Below, piece by piece: positions 62,284 to 64,000 of a stretch of 64,000 bases of DNA. The translations under genes were made by a program, and so were the position numbers. The notes under the pieces are model-generated. The model made no database searches, was not told where the DNA came from, and was given only the letters and a program-made list of their open reading frames with translations. Position 1 is the first letter of the stretch; every line of letters begins with the position of its first letter. The DNA comes from Octopus sinensis (Eukaryota): positions 17,422,001-17,486,000 of the forward strand of contig NC_043008.1 in NCBI RefSeq assembly GCF_006345805.1. The letters are read 5' to 3'.

Positions 62284-63692
62284 CGTTTCGTATATCCGCT
62301 ATATGCACGATGGATGGAAAACATATCAAACATATCCAACGCTTTAAGTTAAGGATAAAATGTATCAGAATCAAAAATCTATAAAAATACATTGAAATTA
62401 AAAAGATACATAACATTGTTAATGGAATTTCACAAAATACTGGCCACCATGTAAGGCGATAACATATTAATTTTACTATGAGGTTCAAAGATACTCTTCC
62501 AGAAGCTTCCTTTCAGATGAGTTAGACGTCTAGATTTTCATTTTTCTACATGTCTGCAACACATAACAAAATCATGCTTTTATCAGTCTGATCCAAACTT
62601 GCAGTAATAGTAGTAATAGTAGTCATAGCAACTGCACTAAGAGCAGACAAAAAATTACTACTAATACTACAACGACAAAATACTGCATTACTAACAGTAC
62701 TAAAGTTTTCGTTTGTAAAACGAAAAACAGAAACCGAAGCTAAGCTCACAATTACAGGAAGAATTACAGCAATATATGAAAAAAAGATTTCTTCAGATTT
62801 TTCGTATAAGTGTATGATATATTTAGTATGAATTTGTTTTTCGTATCATATGTTATATAACTTTCGTGAGATCAACATATCAACCTTACTTTTTTAACGC
62901 TTTGCTCGCATACTAACTGATAAAATCAGAGCTAAAATAAATAGAAAATAATTTGGTAACGCTAACAGCTGAGATATACTTAAAACATACGTTGCTTTAT
63001 AGCTTGCTGCATTACGATAGACAATGTGACATGGATTTGCACTTGATACAATCGCATGCTAATTATTTTACACCGAAATCATTATTAGATGTAGCTAGAT
63101 CATCAATTGCACATGCACATGTGTTTGCACGTACCTAAGTACACACACACACACACACACATGGGAAAATGCATACGTATACACGTGTGTGTGTGTGAGC
63201 GTGTATATGTATATATTATATATATTTATACGGATATATATATGTATATGTCTGTGAGTATTTATATATAGATATAATTATATGCACTTATGTACATATA
63301 TATATGCATATATACACGTATATGCATACATATGTATGTATATATATATACACATACATATGCACATTTATTTATACTTACATACATAGACACATACATA
63401 GACACGTACATGAACACATACTTATGCATATTTATGGATATACTTAATACAAGCTTACGGAGAAGTTTAATTTGGCAGCCATTTTCTTATTGCATCTTGT
63501 CAGACATACAGTGCAACAATTTATTTATTTATTTACCTATTTATTCGTGGAAGATATATATTTTCGTGTTGTATATGACGTATTTAATTTGCATTACACA
63601 ACATACATAATTGTTCTAGTTTTTGTACATACACACACACTCTATCTATCTATATATATCTATCTATATATCTATCTATATATATATATCTA

Positions 63693-63741
<49 letters not shown>

Positions 63742-63859
63742 CACTTTCACGTACACAATTATATATATAAAACACCGTAACTATACAATCATATATGGGC
63801 AATTATAAATTGTCCCATTGATAAATTTATTTCGGTAACATATATATTTGAATTAATCT

Positions 63860-64000
63860 TTGCTACTATAAGCACAAAGCCTGAAATTTTATAGGAGAAC
63901 ACTAGTCAGCAACATTGGCCCCACTCCTCACACGGTATTTGTCTTATCGACTCCTGACAATGAAAGGTAAAATTGACCTCAGCGGAATTTGAACTCAGAA
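63860..64000 (-). mobile_element. SINE type A, alternative tail, cut by the window edge
   Basis: GCACAAAGCCTGAAATTTT...TTGACCTCAGCGGAATTTGAACTCAGAA. Confidence 0.7.

Overview
This is AT-rich eukaryotic DNA, dense in microsatellites and dominated by repeats. The SINE families resemble from memory those of Octopus (coleoid cephalopod) genomes; that is an inference, not a database match. No host protein-coding gene, rRNA, true tRNA or CRISPR array could be supported, and most ORFs in the track are translations of microsatellites or SINEs. The main coding feature is a nearly intact R4/Dong-clade non-LTR retrotransposon (about 23.1-27.1 kb). It encodes a Myb-like N-terminus, reverse transcriptase, CCHC knuckle and restriction-like endonuclease (RLE), is broken only by two single-base frameshifts, and ends in (TAA)n. 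Other retroelements are two R4-like 3' fragments, a HERO/NeSL-like RLE fragment, an L1/Tx1-like 3' end embedded in (GATA)n, and three copies of a non-coding ~0.55 kb element always bracketed by (TAA)n. There are at least five tRNA-headed SINE types, labelled A-E here (my own labels). They show tandem arrays and head/tail module shuffling, and one ends in a minimal hammerhead-ribozyme-like motif. DNA transposons comprise three mariner relics, a Tc1 fragment, several MITEs and a non-autonomous Helitron. The best leads are the microsatellite-anchored retroelements (TAA and GATA), the hammerhead-tailed SINE, and a pre-miRNA-like hairpin at 871-945.
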